A stretch of 64,000 nucleotides of DNA from Trichoplax adhaerens (lineage: Eukaryota > Animalia > Placozoa): NCBI RefSeq assembly GCF_000150275.1, contig NW_002060943.1, positions 7,696,066 through 7,760,065 on the forward strand, written 5' to 3'. The notes under the pieces were generated by a model that saw only the letters and a program-made list of their open reading frames with translations, searched no databases and had not been told where the DNA came from. The position numbers and the translations under genes were made by a program. Shown here piece by piece: positions 1-13,374 of this stretch; positions within the stretch are counted from its first letter, which is position 1; the number at the start of each line of letters is the position of its first letter.

Positions 1-1464
1 AAATGTTTTCTGTGGAGCAATTTTTGATAAGTCTTTAATGAAATTGTAACTAATAGAACGATGCAGTAAAGTTCAGAAATGTAATTATTGCCTATCAAGT
101 AATTCCGGACTGCAGTAATTGATAGTTTCAATACTAGAGACAGTAAGGAGAATTTAACCGAAAATGATATATTAAGGCAAAATTTAATTACTTCAAATGG
201 GATTTTCTTATCAAATCTCATCAAAACTTAATGTGGATTACTAATACTGGATATAGTTCTCTAATTAATAAGAAAGTTAAAACGTTTTAATTCACTGTAT
301 AAATTTTAATGCTTACTTATGCCAGTGTCATCGTCAACTTAGTTTAGATCAAGTAATAAAAAAGAAGGCAGCCTCTCTTAGTATTGAAAATATTGGAAGT
401 ATATACCGTTAGATCGATACATGATAAACGATTTCTTGAAATAAATGAAGTCATTAACTCGCTAGAGTAGGCATATCTGATTTACTCTTGACATAAGTTT
501 ATCAATGGTATGATATAAACATTTCTGAAGAGCCATGTACAAATAATTATATGACTATGATGAGCATAAAATTTGGTGCCATAATATATATTAGAAGTTC
601 TGACTTTGTTATAATTAAAATAAAACTGTGCGCTATTACGTATAGTTACTGCGTATAGTTTAATTGAGTTACATCCCCTGGATTATATATCAAATGTAAG
701 ATTAAATTTTATAACTATAAGCATTAAATGATCAAGATAAATATACAGTCATTTTATTGAAGCAGAATAATATACTGAAAATTTAAACTATTTGCGATGA
801 TGAAATTTTAAGGAAGTAATATTCAAATTATCATTGGATTAGGCTTGTTCGCCGATTTATTTCTGGTAATAAATAATTGTAGAATGGATACTAATATTTA
901 TCATGTTCAATTTCCTTATGCGTGATAAAAACAATCATGTGCTAAGCTTACTTCATGAGAAGTCAAGGATTATACATATGTTTTGGCACGATGAAAATTT
1001 TTCTACGGTAGTGCCATTCCCGCAGTAGTCATTATTTATTTTACACGTATGTATCGCTTATAACTTCGTTACTTTTCTAATAAATTTAGATTAATCATTC
1101 TCAAGTGTAATAAGGTATGAAAACAAGACAAATTAAACAAGCCTATAGGGATGTCAATAATATTAAAGTGAGAGTAATTTAGGGCTTGTCATTACAGTAT
1201 CGAATAGATTAATTAGCTAAGAAATTGACAGAATAATATTAATAATATCCGCTTATCCCTGAACATATTTTACGATATTGAATTTACTTTTCATCTTAAA
1301 AACATGAAACGCCATGGCGAACTACTATAGCTGATTACTGATCAATTGAATTGTTGATATTTCTTGCATTTATTTTTCGGTAAATAACTCCACAAATACA
1401 GGCTGTCCATTGCATTAGCAGGTAAGTTAATGGTAGAAAGTTAAGAATGAAATCAATAACTTAC

Positions 1465-1524
1465 AAAGAAGATGGTATTGAGGACGATTAAAATAATACG
1501 AACAAGATCACCACAGTCAGCCAT
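1465..1524 (-). CDS. Tetraspanin paralog A, first coding exon only; rest of the gene runs off the left edge
   Basis: ATG..TTT|gtaagt exon encodes MADCGDLVRIILIVLNTIFF. Same length (60 nt), phase and TM1 pattern as exon 1 of the tetraspanin at 8434-8493. Confidence 0.8.
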
Positions 1525-1782
1525 ATTGAATCAATTCAATTTTTAGCTACGGTCCAGCCGTCAAGGATTAGAGCAGAAAATATGAAATAAACACAGTCGG
1601 TGTTGAAGAATGAAGGAAAATCTATGTTTGTTCGAACGCTAACAGACTATATATATAATAGTATTTGAAATTTGTTAATAAACTTAGGACCTCTGTTATA
1701 ATGTAGAAAGGACCTGAAACGATTGATTTATTTTATTAATTTTAACTCGTTGCTAAGATATGCCTCAATCAACACATCGAAT

Positions 1783-1845
1783 TGACGTAAGCTAGACTAT
1801 TATCACCATAGTAACGTGATGTGACGTCATAGTGTCCCAATCAGA
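1783..1845 (-). promoter_or_regulatory. Putative promoter of tetraspanin A (CRE, ACGTG core, CCAAT)
   Basis: TGACGTAA 1783, ACGTG 1814, perfect TGACGTCA 1822-1829 and CCAAT 1837, about 300 bp upstream of the ATG. Confidence 0.5.
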
Positions 1846-4378
1846 TAATTCCACTATTTAAATATAGTATCTAAATGTGTCATTCCAATGGAAACTCCCT
1901 CCATTTCATTCATTTTTCTACTAGAAGATTGGATATTACTATTGTAATTAAAATCTAGTTTGAATTACATTTGAATGGATAATGGATATCATAATTTAAT
2001 CTATAAGAATGACAATTTGTTCATGGGCTAACGTCACGTTATATATAAATTTTGTATTATGTTATTCAGCTAGACAAAGGTAGTGAACAAACTTGCTTAT
2101 CGAATTACGATAGAATTGGCCCTACTAATTAACACTAACAATTCGTGCTGACGATTAAGTAAGGTTTATGATTTATTCTCTTACTTTGAAATTTGTTTTT
2201 TGAATCTTAAATTAATTTTCTGTCATGAGGACGCGATGGAAAACTATTCTGAATTCAAATCGCTATTTAAACTGATAATGATAATCCTGCTTAAAATAAC
2301 TCAAATTAAGATACCAGAAAAATTCTTTTAAATATCAATCTAATTGATTAACTTATAATGGTAGCATTATTATAGGTTCACTCTTTGAACAAGGGCTTCT
2401 TTGATTTATCATCGATCAGTAGATATGAGGGATGAAAAGTATACTAGTTAATACATAAAATGATTAGATTAAATGATCAACTAGAAGCGAGTAAGATTAA
2501 ATAATCTATACACTTTACTAGGCTTCACTACAGTTATATTAATAGCATTAGATATACATTTGACATCTGGAATAGTTAATTTATGTGCTTATTTAAAAGA
2601 AACTTCGCATGTAACAAGTTAAACGTCATATTATACACTATTTAATGACGATTTTTATCCAGTATTTATTAAATAGTATCTATCTTAAAAGTACATCTTT
2701 ACCCTTATATCACATCTAAATATGAGCATTTCATGCATAAGATTTACAACTTAAGATTTAATAATAATTTATTTTGCACATTATGTTCTACAGAATCGAC
2801 TCGCGTACTAGAATGAACGCAAAATAATAAGTTCGTCTAAAGCCTGCTGATAATTATACGTATACCATTTGATAATCAAACTGTTGCAATAGCGTATGCG
2901 TTAGACATAAATATTTGTTATTAAATGTATCAGTCGATTGAATTATGGATGATTATTTAATATATCTCATATGATATTTGATGATGAAGAAAATCAGGTA
3001 CTAAAAAAATGTCATAATTTCAGAACCTTACCGGATATGATTTGATGCAGTTATTTACGCTTTTAGAGCTAAATATGTTTGCTAGGGTAATACGAATGGT
3101 AACGGATATTGTGAGAGCTTTAGCTTTCAATTTTTACATCTGCTTTATTACTATATTTAATTATCCGTTCTAATTGCTCTGAATTATCGCTCTCTACTTT
3201 GTTCTATAAGCTTTAAAATAATAAGGTGTAATAAAACTGGAATACCCATAATTAAATTTTAAAGTAATAAATCATCGCTCAAAGATGTACAGTAATATTG
3301 TATACCGTTTATTTATAATTTGCGTACAAAATTGGATTTGAATCTGATTTTGATTTCCTGATCATTGCCGTAGTATTTGGAAACGAATATTTTATTTATT
3401 TATAAATAATACCTTCCTACATATTGAATCTTGATGCCACGAAAGTAGTAAATTAATTTTACTATATCATAAAGGGAAGTAAACTTGCTAGACACCCACG
3501 CATTTATGCATTGCCTGATTTGCTTTTATTTATTTTTAGTGAGCCGCATGTGTCATTCTCTCATTTACTGTAGGATATTATATTTTGGCTAGATAAAATA
3601 GTAAAGTAAGAATGATTACATCGTCTTTAATAACATTCTGAATTTTTGTTGCCTACGGTAGACTCTGTTGGAAAATATATATGGAGGAGGAAGAATAATG
3701 CGTTATGATCACTATGATGGAACAATCTAAAACCCTGCAGTCCTGAAATGATTATTAAGCTTATAAGCGCTTTAAATAATACAATGATAAATACTATGTA
3801 AATGGTGTAAATACTGGTATAAAAATGTATGCAAAATTATGGACGTACAGTAACGTATAATAATGTTATGCCTTTATTCCATAAAGTATTAAAATGATGC
3901 TAGCATTTGTGACTATAGCAAACAGTATCAGAGATTATTTCTATTAAGAAAGATACAGTACATACCTCTGATTACTGTATATCAATAACGCACATTTACA
4001 ATTGATTTAAGTATTTTTTCATTTTCTTTTCTGTTTACAAATGGTCATGCGCTATTTCATAATGTAATGATGGTTTCTATACTGATAATAAAAATCGTTT
4101 AAGGCTATTGATGCAAAATTATTCATATAAATTGAATTACTGAATGCTGTTGAAACAATTCAATTTAAGCAGCCAAGAGCAGTCAAACGATACTTAGCTG
4201 ATGTCTTACGTTGATAATACACTAGTTCAATTCTTGTATTAATAGCTTGCTTAATTTTTCTATGCTTTAATGCAAGAGTAACTTTTTCATCATTTAGGAG
4301 ATTCTATCTCGAAAATAATTTATCGTTTATCAGACACAAATTAGCTTTTTATTTATTTGATAGCTTAATAATTAGAGC

Positions 4379-4480
4379 TAGACCAGTCAGAGGTTCGGTT
4401 CGAACCGCTTACAAACCGATTAAAGTCAGTTTATCCGGCTCGGTTCTCTAGGTTCCTTGCGCTGGTTCGGTTCAGGTTCA
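4379..4480 (+). mobile_element. Fragment of a small TIR (MITE-like) element
   Basis: Begins TAGACCAGTCAGAGGTTCGGTTCG, near-identical to the left TIR at 56742; contains GGTTC subterminal repeats; no right TIR seen. Confidence 0.5.
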
Positions 4481-4849
4481 AATACATTTAGAGCTATCTT
4501 AATTCGACTACCAACTTCTAGGGAATATGCATTGTTACAGATAAAAGTTTACATCTCTATACCTTACACCAATATATAACTCTTAGTCGAGCTTTGAGCG
4601 CCCTTGTCGTATACAGAGTTCATTTTATTTATAGAATGATTACCGTTAACATCAAACTACTAATAACAAGCGGCAAATCAACCTAGGATTATCTGTATCA
4701 CTAGTGGTAGATAATAGAAGCTTTTTCGTTTTGTATGCCGCTTTAAATAATCACAGGCACTCTTATCACGGAATTTTAATTTATATTGTTATACTTTTCT
4801 TGTAGATTGCACTTGCTTTGGTATGAATAATGGCACCTAAGATATTGCA

Positions 4850-7800
4850 TTACACAACTTCACCTTCTTTCTTTATGTCGCAAACCATCATTATAGCTGC
4901 AATCATACCGAAAACCTAATATGGTTTAAAAACATATCAGGATTTTTCAAAGTATAATTTTTACAGTTACAGCGACGAACACATGAATATAATCAATTTT
5001 TAAATATGGTATTTAACAGTAAAGTTATTGTTAGGAAAATTCATTCCTTACCTGAATGATCCCAATGGTAACGCCAACTCCTAAGACGATGCGTATATTT
5101 TCAGCAACCGCATTTGTAAGTTGAACTCGGCAGGACTAATGATTATTATGGCGAAAATTTAGAAATATTAAATTTACATTATTACAAGCAAAAAAAGACT
5201 TATTAAAGTTTGGTTAGAAAGAATTCTTTCCTACATGAAATCAGTCACAGTATTGGTTATTTTATTTTCTTACATTAGTATAGATGTTGGTATTGTCTGT
5301 CCTGTTTAAGCCACAGTTTAGTGTAACGGTCCTACAACATGAATCCGGAACTGGGTTGGCAATTGTTGCGTTACTTTGTTTACCCCATTCAGAGCCAGTA
5401 TAGTCGGTATATGTTTGAGCACCGCAACATTTAAACTAATGGAAGATAGATTTATTTTATTTTAACATGATTAGCATTTAAGGAAAATTTCTTTCCACTG
5501 TAGTTGCATTTCATAGAATAATAAAGTATATAAAATACTTACTTGTTGCTGAATATGGTTAATAGCAGTAGTTAAAGGACCGTTATTTCCAACGCCGTAT
5601 TTACTGGAAATGTCTGACCGGAAACTGTTCGTGATGGCATTTATTATCTATAAGTTACCCATTTTTTAGTTGGGAGTAAAACAAATACTTATTAATTTTA
5701 GATCAATAAGGGACTATGAATCACTTTACTTTAATATCAGAAACTTATTTCAAGATCATCTGTGATGATAGTGGAATTCTGTCGTAAAAATGAAAGGGGT
5801 AACTGCTCTACTTGTAGTAAGAGTAGTTATCACGAAAACGATGCATGTCAAATTTATTGATGAGTGTACACTGTACTGTACAGTAAGAATCGCACTTACC
5901 GCAGGACTATTCGTTGCAGCGTAGATGCCACCTCCCAATTCCATGGCAAAGATTATTAACAAGAAAATGAAATACTGGACATGGAAATGTGCAAATGTAT
6001 TGAATAGTCCAATAAGTGAAAGGATATTTTAGAACATTGTAATTCAAAAGCAAACTCAAGAGAATGAAGAACGGTCATTCATAAGATTACCATCTAACTT
6101 ACAGTAATTAGCATGCAAGAGTTCCTTTTCATAGCACCAATACAGCCAAAGATGCTAGCAATGAATGTTAGAATTCCTGCAGCCATAACCAAGGCAGTTC
6201 CGGTAACATAGATTCCTCCATCTGTTGCAATGGTAGTAATATCAGCGGATGTAGCGAAGATGTAAGCCGATGCCCCAATCAATGCTATACCACTAAGCTG
6301 TAACATTTGTAAAAAGAAAATTAAGTTTTTAATTTTTTGCTGTAATCATTTATAAAATATTTACAAAGTGAAAAACACAGTCAAAAAGTGATTTATGTGT
6401 AGTACGGGCATTTTATCAACGTCGTATGCTATCAATTTTAAAAAATTATATTATTTTTCAATATTGCATAACTTTCATAATCATATCACTTATTTTAGAT
6501 AGTAAGGTAAATGTTATTTATTCCATTAATATACTGGTACTGTACTGTACAGTAATTAAGCAAAAGAATTGAAGAAAGATTAGTTTCATATACGAGTACT
6601 AGTCTAGGATATAATAAAGTGTAGAACATAATTTATACGTACGTATGCGGTTTCTACTTGTATTATGCTCAATATCATAGTATGAAGATGATAGCGTTGG
6701 TAATTCAAAGCAGTAAATATTTGGACTATGCATTAGAAATTAAAAGATTATACACGAAGATGAAACATGTTCATCTTCATCGTCGAGAAAATTCTTCATT
6801 GACGTATGTTTATTATCCGTGATCATGTTATTCACAGTTAATTTTGGATGCATAAGCCATTGGAGGGGTCGGGTTATTAACCTTAATAAAGGACTCAATC
6901 AATTGGGTAATAGTCAAGTATAGCATGTAATGTATATCAATTATTATGGATAAGCGACTTATTGAGGCCTTGTTGTTGATCGATGCAATAAAATAATAAT
7001 AAAGCAAGAGCGAATTCTTGTGCAATAACATGCTAATAATTATTAATTATAATGACTTTTTTTTATTACTATCGTGTATAGCACATTAACGTGATGGTTT
7101 TACTTAGTAATAGCATGGACTACTCTCTGCTACGACTGTAGTCTTGCACAGTCAAGCTATGATCCATTACTGACATTAGTATTGTTTTATGTCAGGCTTG
7201 TCCTACTCGATATTTTACTTCCAGTGACTTAAATGCGAATCATCGCCTTTCGTCAGGAGTAGTGAGTCTACGTCTCTCGTAGATTTCAAGCATGAAAGCC
7301 CAATTTCATTGAAAAATCAAGTCATTTCTACTCGTAACAGTCTCCTATGGAATTGGAGTATCGACAGTACCGTACAGTAAAGACTTTCTTCGATCTCCGA
7401 TTGAGTTTACAAATTAGTAAATACGCGTAAAATTGGATTAAGACTTGTTCATAGCACGTATCATGGCATACTGAATTCAATCAGGCATAATGAGTCGATG
7501 TTTACCTGTTGTCAAGGCTTTTCATTTTTTGAACTTGGTTCTAATCAAATCATGAATATCTACTATCCTAACAACATGCTATCGTACTGACTGTGAAAAT
7601 ACGACTATAGCCAAGATTGTAACATGAGCCTATATCGACCGTCCTATTCGTCTCGCTGGAATATTGAAATTATTACTGTGTCGATGAAATTCATCGATTA
7701 CAAGCGCTCAATTCTTTCCATGGAGTCCACTACGTGACTAAACCCTTTCTATCATGCTGTGAATATCCCTCTTCACAGCCTCTCTCGTTGTATGATCATG

Positions 7801-8493
7801 TATGGCGGTGATGTCCATCATCATCCTATACTGTAGTAACAAAGGCCGAATATTATGTACAGTATATTGCAATAGCGGTACGTCCAAGTTCAAGCTTGGA
7901 AAGAAAGAGAAAGGCAAGACGATCAACAATGTCCAATTCATCTTGAAAAGGTATTAAAATAAAATGAAGGAAATACATGACAATGATCGAGCGATGTGAT
8001 TTTGTATCAACAGCGATGATGATTTACTCTTGGGTTATGGTAAGTCAACATGAAAGTACAGCGTTGTAAACGAAAGTTGGTACTAACACTTTAAATACAT
8101 AAGGTCGGTCTTTCAATCCTTGATAGTCAATTCCTTTTCAATGAAGTATGCAAATGAACTCAATCATCTGTTCAAAGATGATTGAGTTAGCATAAAATGG
8201 AACTTGGATAATTTTAAAATGTGAAACGCTCTCTGAGCAGTCTTGGTAGACGAATAAATTCATGTCCAAAAGCGAAATAAAGAAAAAATACAAATTTGAT
8301 CCTATCACGTTGGGCGACAATCACCTCGAACAAGACACTGCAATAATAACATTAGTCCGATTCAAAACACTACGGAATGCTGCCATAGAAGAGACTGAGA
8401 AAGCAATCATTTCCATCTAAGCAAGTAACTTACCAAAAAAATGGTATTGAAGGCGATCAACGTTATTCGTAGACAGTTAGTGCATGAGCCCAT
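4850..8493 (-). CDS. Tetraspanin paralog B, complete, about 248 aa, 7 exons (8493-8434, 6297-6103, 5974-5900, 5647-5543, 5435-5274, 5135-5052, 4915-4850)
   Basis: All phase-0 GT-AG introns. MGSCTNCLRITLIAFNTIFL-LSGIALIG..FGCIGA..; large extracellular loop with FKCCG, PDSCC and the final Cys; four TM segments; ends CDIKKEGEVV*. Confidence 0.93.
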
Positions 8494-8548
8494 GGTTGAT
8501 TTTGGAACTTTTTTCAAAGAGGAAATGGCGAATTTGGCAAGAAGGAAG

Positions 8549-8635
8549 GAGTCACTTTGGACAAGAGTCACTTTGGACAAGAGTCACTTTGGACGAGAGT
8601 CACTTTGGACGAGAGTCACTTTGGACGAGAGTCAC
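8549..8635. repeat. 16-bp minisatellite GAGTCACTTTGGAC(A/G)A, about 5.4 copies
   Basis: Units start at 8549, 8565, 8581, 8597, 8613 and 8629; about 55 bp upstream of the tetraspanin B ATG. Confidence 0.95.
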
Positions 8636-8649
8636 GGTCAATTTCTTGC

Positions 8650-8697
8650 CCAATGTACGTGCGACGTGATGCTACGTGCTACTATGCAAGTGACGTC
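8650..8697 (-). promoter_or_regulatory. Putative promoter of tetraspanin B (CCAAT, three ACGTG cores, CRE-like site)
   Basis: CCAAT 8650; TACGTG 8656; GACGTG 8663; TACGTG 8673; TGACGTC 8691. Confidence 0.5.
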
Positions 8698-11600
8698 GTA
8701 GCTGAGGTATTTCTAGTACCGTACTGCGATTGAGTTGGTGCGCTATGATACTACTGTACTATACAGCACATTAGGGTCTAATAGTAAGCAGTGTACAGGG
8801 ATAAAAGAGATACTTTACTATAAAGTACATGTAAGGGAAAGCACAAGACCATGGGTGGTCAAGGCAACGGAACACGCTTTTATTAGTGGAATGGCATGAC
8901 GGAGAAGCAAAACCACGGTATATTTAAAATGGATATGGCTTAGAAATGCCCACTACCATGGACTACATAAACTATGCAGTCATAATCCCTTCACAGACAT
9001 GATCAAATGATTCATGCCTGTGTATAGCATGGCAAAATTGCTACCAATGCCAAAGCTCAAGAAACCCAGTGGGTCGGTGGTCGCTGCTGTTAACAACTAC
9101 AGTACAGTACATTAATACTCCACATGACATCATCACTAGCCAATCAGATAGTAGTATATAATGGATATCAAGATGTCTTACAAAATCAAGAAATCAATTT
9201 ACTCCATCCTTCTATTAGTTATCTTTCTTATTCCACATTCAATTCTTGCAAGCGATTTTGCTTATGCCAACGAGAAATGATCCCAACACAATTCATCCCA
9301 GCTTCATTCTGGCTTAGAAACTTCCATCGCTGTCACATGTTACTTTACTGAGAGGCAGTCATGTACATTGTACAAGATAATAAAACACGAAGTCGTACCA
9401 CAGTTTGCCATAGGATTTTCTGTACTACGCTAAATTACATTATTGGTTAACCCATGAAACTGCAATCGATACAGGGTATCATTTCTCTCATTTCTCTTTA
9501 CTAAGTATGCATTCTATCTGTTCCAAATGGAAAGATCAGGATAGATCGTCATATACTTGTTGAATTCATATCACAGATTGGGTTGTCCAAAGTTGAAAAT
9601 AGAATGGATAACGTTTGAAATAGACGTTATACCAGCAACATAATTTGTCTTTTACCAAACATTGTTGAAGTGATATCAGAGAGATACACTAATGCGGGTA
9701 CGCTATACGGATAGCATTTGCAATAGACCGTGCAAATACAATATTATCCCAATGTACATTATACCACCAAAGAATTGACGTTTTACTAAATATTGTTCAA
9801 TGCTTTTCGGAGACATGCACTATTCGTATTACTGATAGTACTTACAATATATAGTACAACGACAACACTATCCCAATTGAATATACATTTCACCAGGAAA
9901 AGAATAAACGTTTGAAGACAAATGCTTTAATATACAGTATTGTCATGGCACAAATGTACCTTGAATAGTAGTATAGATTACTGTAAGTATTGGTGTCGGA
10001 ATACATTTCTGCCTATATAGGTTAGGTCGACTAAACTTGGGTCATTGACTCGTGATTGGGAATGTTGCTCCTTAGTAATTGATTTTGTAGCTTTCACGAG
10101 AACATAACCTTGATCATATTAGTCGGAATGAAGCAGAAGTAGCTCCATGTTGTGAAGTTTGTCTGTGTGATTGTAGTCTAGAAGGTAGTTCTAGACCTAA
10201 GCTAAAATAGTAGTGGACAGTAGCAACTTAGAAGAGCAGAACAATTTACTTTATTCTTTGTCAGGAGAGTAATCAATGACATTGATACCAGACAGATAGG
10301 AGTATATTACTCGTGTACCGATCGCGTTTGCAATTTATAGTGCAATTACAATACTATCTGAAGGGTAATTTATTGGACATAACATCAGGTAAAGAATTTG
10401 CGTTTTACCGACTCCTCTCATTTTATAAAGTCCTCATTCTTGCTTTATAATCTTTTATGATCAGATTATAAAGTAAGAGCATAAGGTTCTAGTCGTCCAT
10501 GGTAAAGAGCAAGGTTTTTGTAAAGTGAGAGTACGGTAATGTTATAAATTGAGTAGTCCCTGGCATAAACATGACTGGATGGCCACACGAAGATTAGAAC
10601 CTCTATGGTTAGTACTCAGAACTTTTAAGTATTAGGAAGGTATACTATAGATTCTGAAGACATTCAACGGTACAATCCACCATTGAGGATATAAAAGCCG
10701 GGAGTTTTTAGGGAAAGCAGGCCGAGATCGTTTAATTCATATCTGAGAGATTCGCTAGACGCATACAGTGCAATGGCATCACTATTCGAATGTAACATCC
10801 ACGACTCCAGGAAAACAATTTACGCTTTACTAGATATTGTTTGATTCATATGAGAGAGATACTGCTATACCAAGAAAAGTTTTTACGTACTGATTATGCC
10901 TATGAACAAAGAGAAGAAACATACAGCTAGGAATGAATCGTTTTATACTCCCCGAACTTAAAGGTATCTTGCAAGAAATTGATAGGATTAATAAAATCTC
11001 AGATACTGTAAGTAATGATATACGAGTCGTATTTTGATAATCTCTGGTACTCATGATCTCGAATAACATGCGAAGACACGAATAAGGTTTTCATCTCTTT
11101 TAACGATATGGATTCGAAGTGAAACGTATAAGCAGTATATGATAAGAAAGAATGAAAGATAAATTTTATCTACAGTATCCATAGCTGCCATAGAAAAATT
11201 TATATCAGAGAATTAAAAGTCTGGATAATTTCCCTAGCCGATGAGTACCGTATATAGGATAGACTATGTAGTAAGCTGCAATCTATACAGTGCCGTGATA
11301 ATAATGTATTGCTTTCTCTAACTCCTATTGACTGAGTATTGAAAATAGATCAGGATATGCTTGTATTGTTTATACATGTTTAATTGATATCGGCAAAATA
11401 TGATTTTAAATGGTTCAGGATTAGAAAAAGATTTATTTCGAACGTATAACAACAAGAAGGATCAAGATAGGAATGGTCAGATAGCTAATCCATATAAGCG
11501 TTAACTGTATTACAGCAGAGGTAATACTATTGAACAATCTCAAACTTAAGCTACTATACTACAGTGCGTATACTCTGCAATTATCTACTCTATATGCTCA

Positions 11601-13374
11601 GAAATGCTCATTTTTACTGCAATATATCACATGTACAAATGGCGAAATTGATTTCTATGTTCTCATTAGACACATTTTTATAATCAATTTGCTGTAGTAC
11701 ATCGTATACAATACTATACATCTCTATACATTAGTATACCTCTAATGCTTTTCCTGTATGCCCGCATAATTTCATATTTCAATATATCTGATTGACCATC
11801 AATAAGATTACGTATTGTTCTAGTAGGCTTATAAAACTTTGGCATAATTCTATTTTGATTCAGTAGGCATCATATGTTCAATTAATAATGAAAATATCTT
11901 CGAATAGCTTATAGTGGCCCTAAATCTGAATATCATTTCTTACTGCAGCAATCAGGTACTGTTGCAAGTATCAAAGTATTGTTAAGTGCTAGTAGTACTT
12001 GTAAGAGACTTTATTTTCCTGCTTTCTCGAGATTGTTGTTCGTATCAGAATTTATCCGAGTTAGACAAAAAAGATAGATAGTATTACATGCAAGCTATCT
12101 ATCCTTACGGTTACTTTCGATTGCCAGAGATGTCATATTTGGTTCGACATGTATCATAAAATACCAGTTGTTAAAGTTTATATTGTGTAAGATAGAAATT
12201 TTCTTTTAATTTATACTAGACTTAGTATCCGATTTTGTATATCGAGTTGAAATAAAGGTCTAACATATGCTAAATTCAATTTTCCAAAGCATAAAACGGA
12301 GAACTCATATGCTTGTTCTAGAGTTAAGTAATTCCTACTTATCAAGTTTACGCTTCTGGACAATTTGATTAATAACAATTTGATTGTATTATTAAATACC
12401 ACAGGATTGTTTTATTTACATTTTATAGTAATATTTCGTGATGATCTTCATTAATAAAATACCAAGAAAGGAGATTATCGTGATGGAATTGAATGATACA
12501 TTCATAAAGATTGGAAGCTTTTACATATTACACATATCAATATTCAATTAAAGATATATTTTAATATAACGCTAACAAATAGGTATCATATTTGTGCTAC
12601 TAATCCTAATTAATTTATATTCCCATAAAATAGACCATTTCTAGGTATCCTATAAGTTATTTGGACTTTGAATAAACGTTAGTATAAAGTTTCAATTCAT
12701 CAGTTCACATGAGAACCTATAAATCGTTTACACATTCACAGTTTATTTTTACTATGAAATAAATTATCCACAAATGTATTGTAATCTATACTACAAATGT
12801 AATTCATTGTAAGCCAAAGGTATTATACCTTTACTTTATAAAATTTTCCTCCATTTCTTAACTCACTTTGATAGATAATTTCATTCATAAGTCTAGGATA
12901 TACGAATATTTGTAGAAAGTAAATACGTCACCTCTTTCTAATTATACAAAAAGTTGTAGATAATTATATAAATTAAGTGCGCAATTTTTTGGCTGTTTTA
13001 GGGTGCGATAGCATCTGAATAAATTGGCATGTTTGCTTATGATCACGAGGATAAGTTTTATTTTGATCAAGCAGGATCTTGAATATTTATGAGATAAATG
13101 GATTCTTAATAATGCCATTTTATTGACATAGTCCATTTGACGTTACTATAACAACATCTAAATAGCTATTACTGTTCCGTAGAATGCTCTAGCCAATGGG
13201 ATTATAAAATAATTCTATGAAATAATGAGGATAAAGTGAATAAGAGGGAAAGTGTCATCGAAAATTAAAAGATTTACAAGTAGAGAAAGAAGAGATAAAA
13301 TAATAAAAAAACTAAAGAAACATCATATCTTTAACAAATTCGTGACATAACTTCAGCCAAAAAGATAAGGAAAA

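Noticed and set aside
8549-8635. CRISPR-like short repeats and ORFs 8441-8701 / 8484-8669
   Set aside because: The units are contiguous with no spacers and the context is eukaryotic; the ORFs are repeat-derived and antisense to tetraspanin exon 1.
9434-13100. Transposon or extra gene in the spacer between tetraspanins B and C
   Set aside because: Only short unlinked open frames; no recognisable domain, TIR/LTR or consistent splice pattern.
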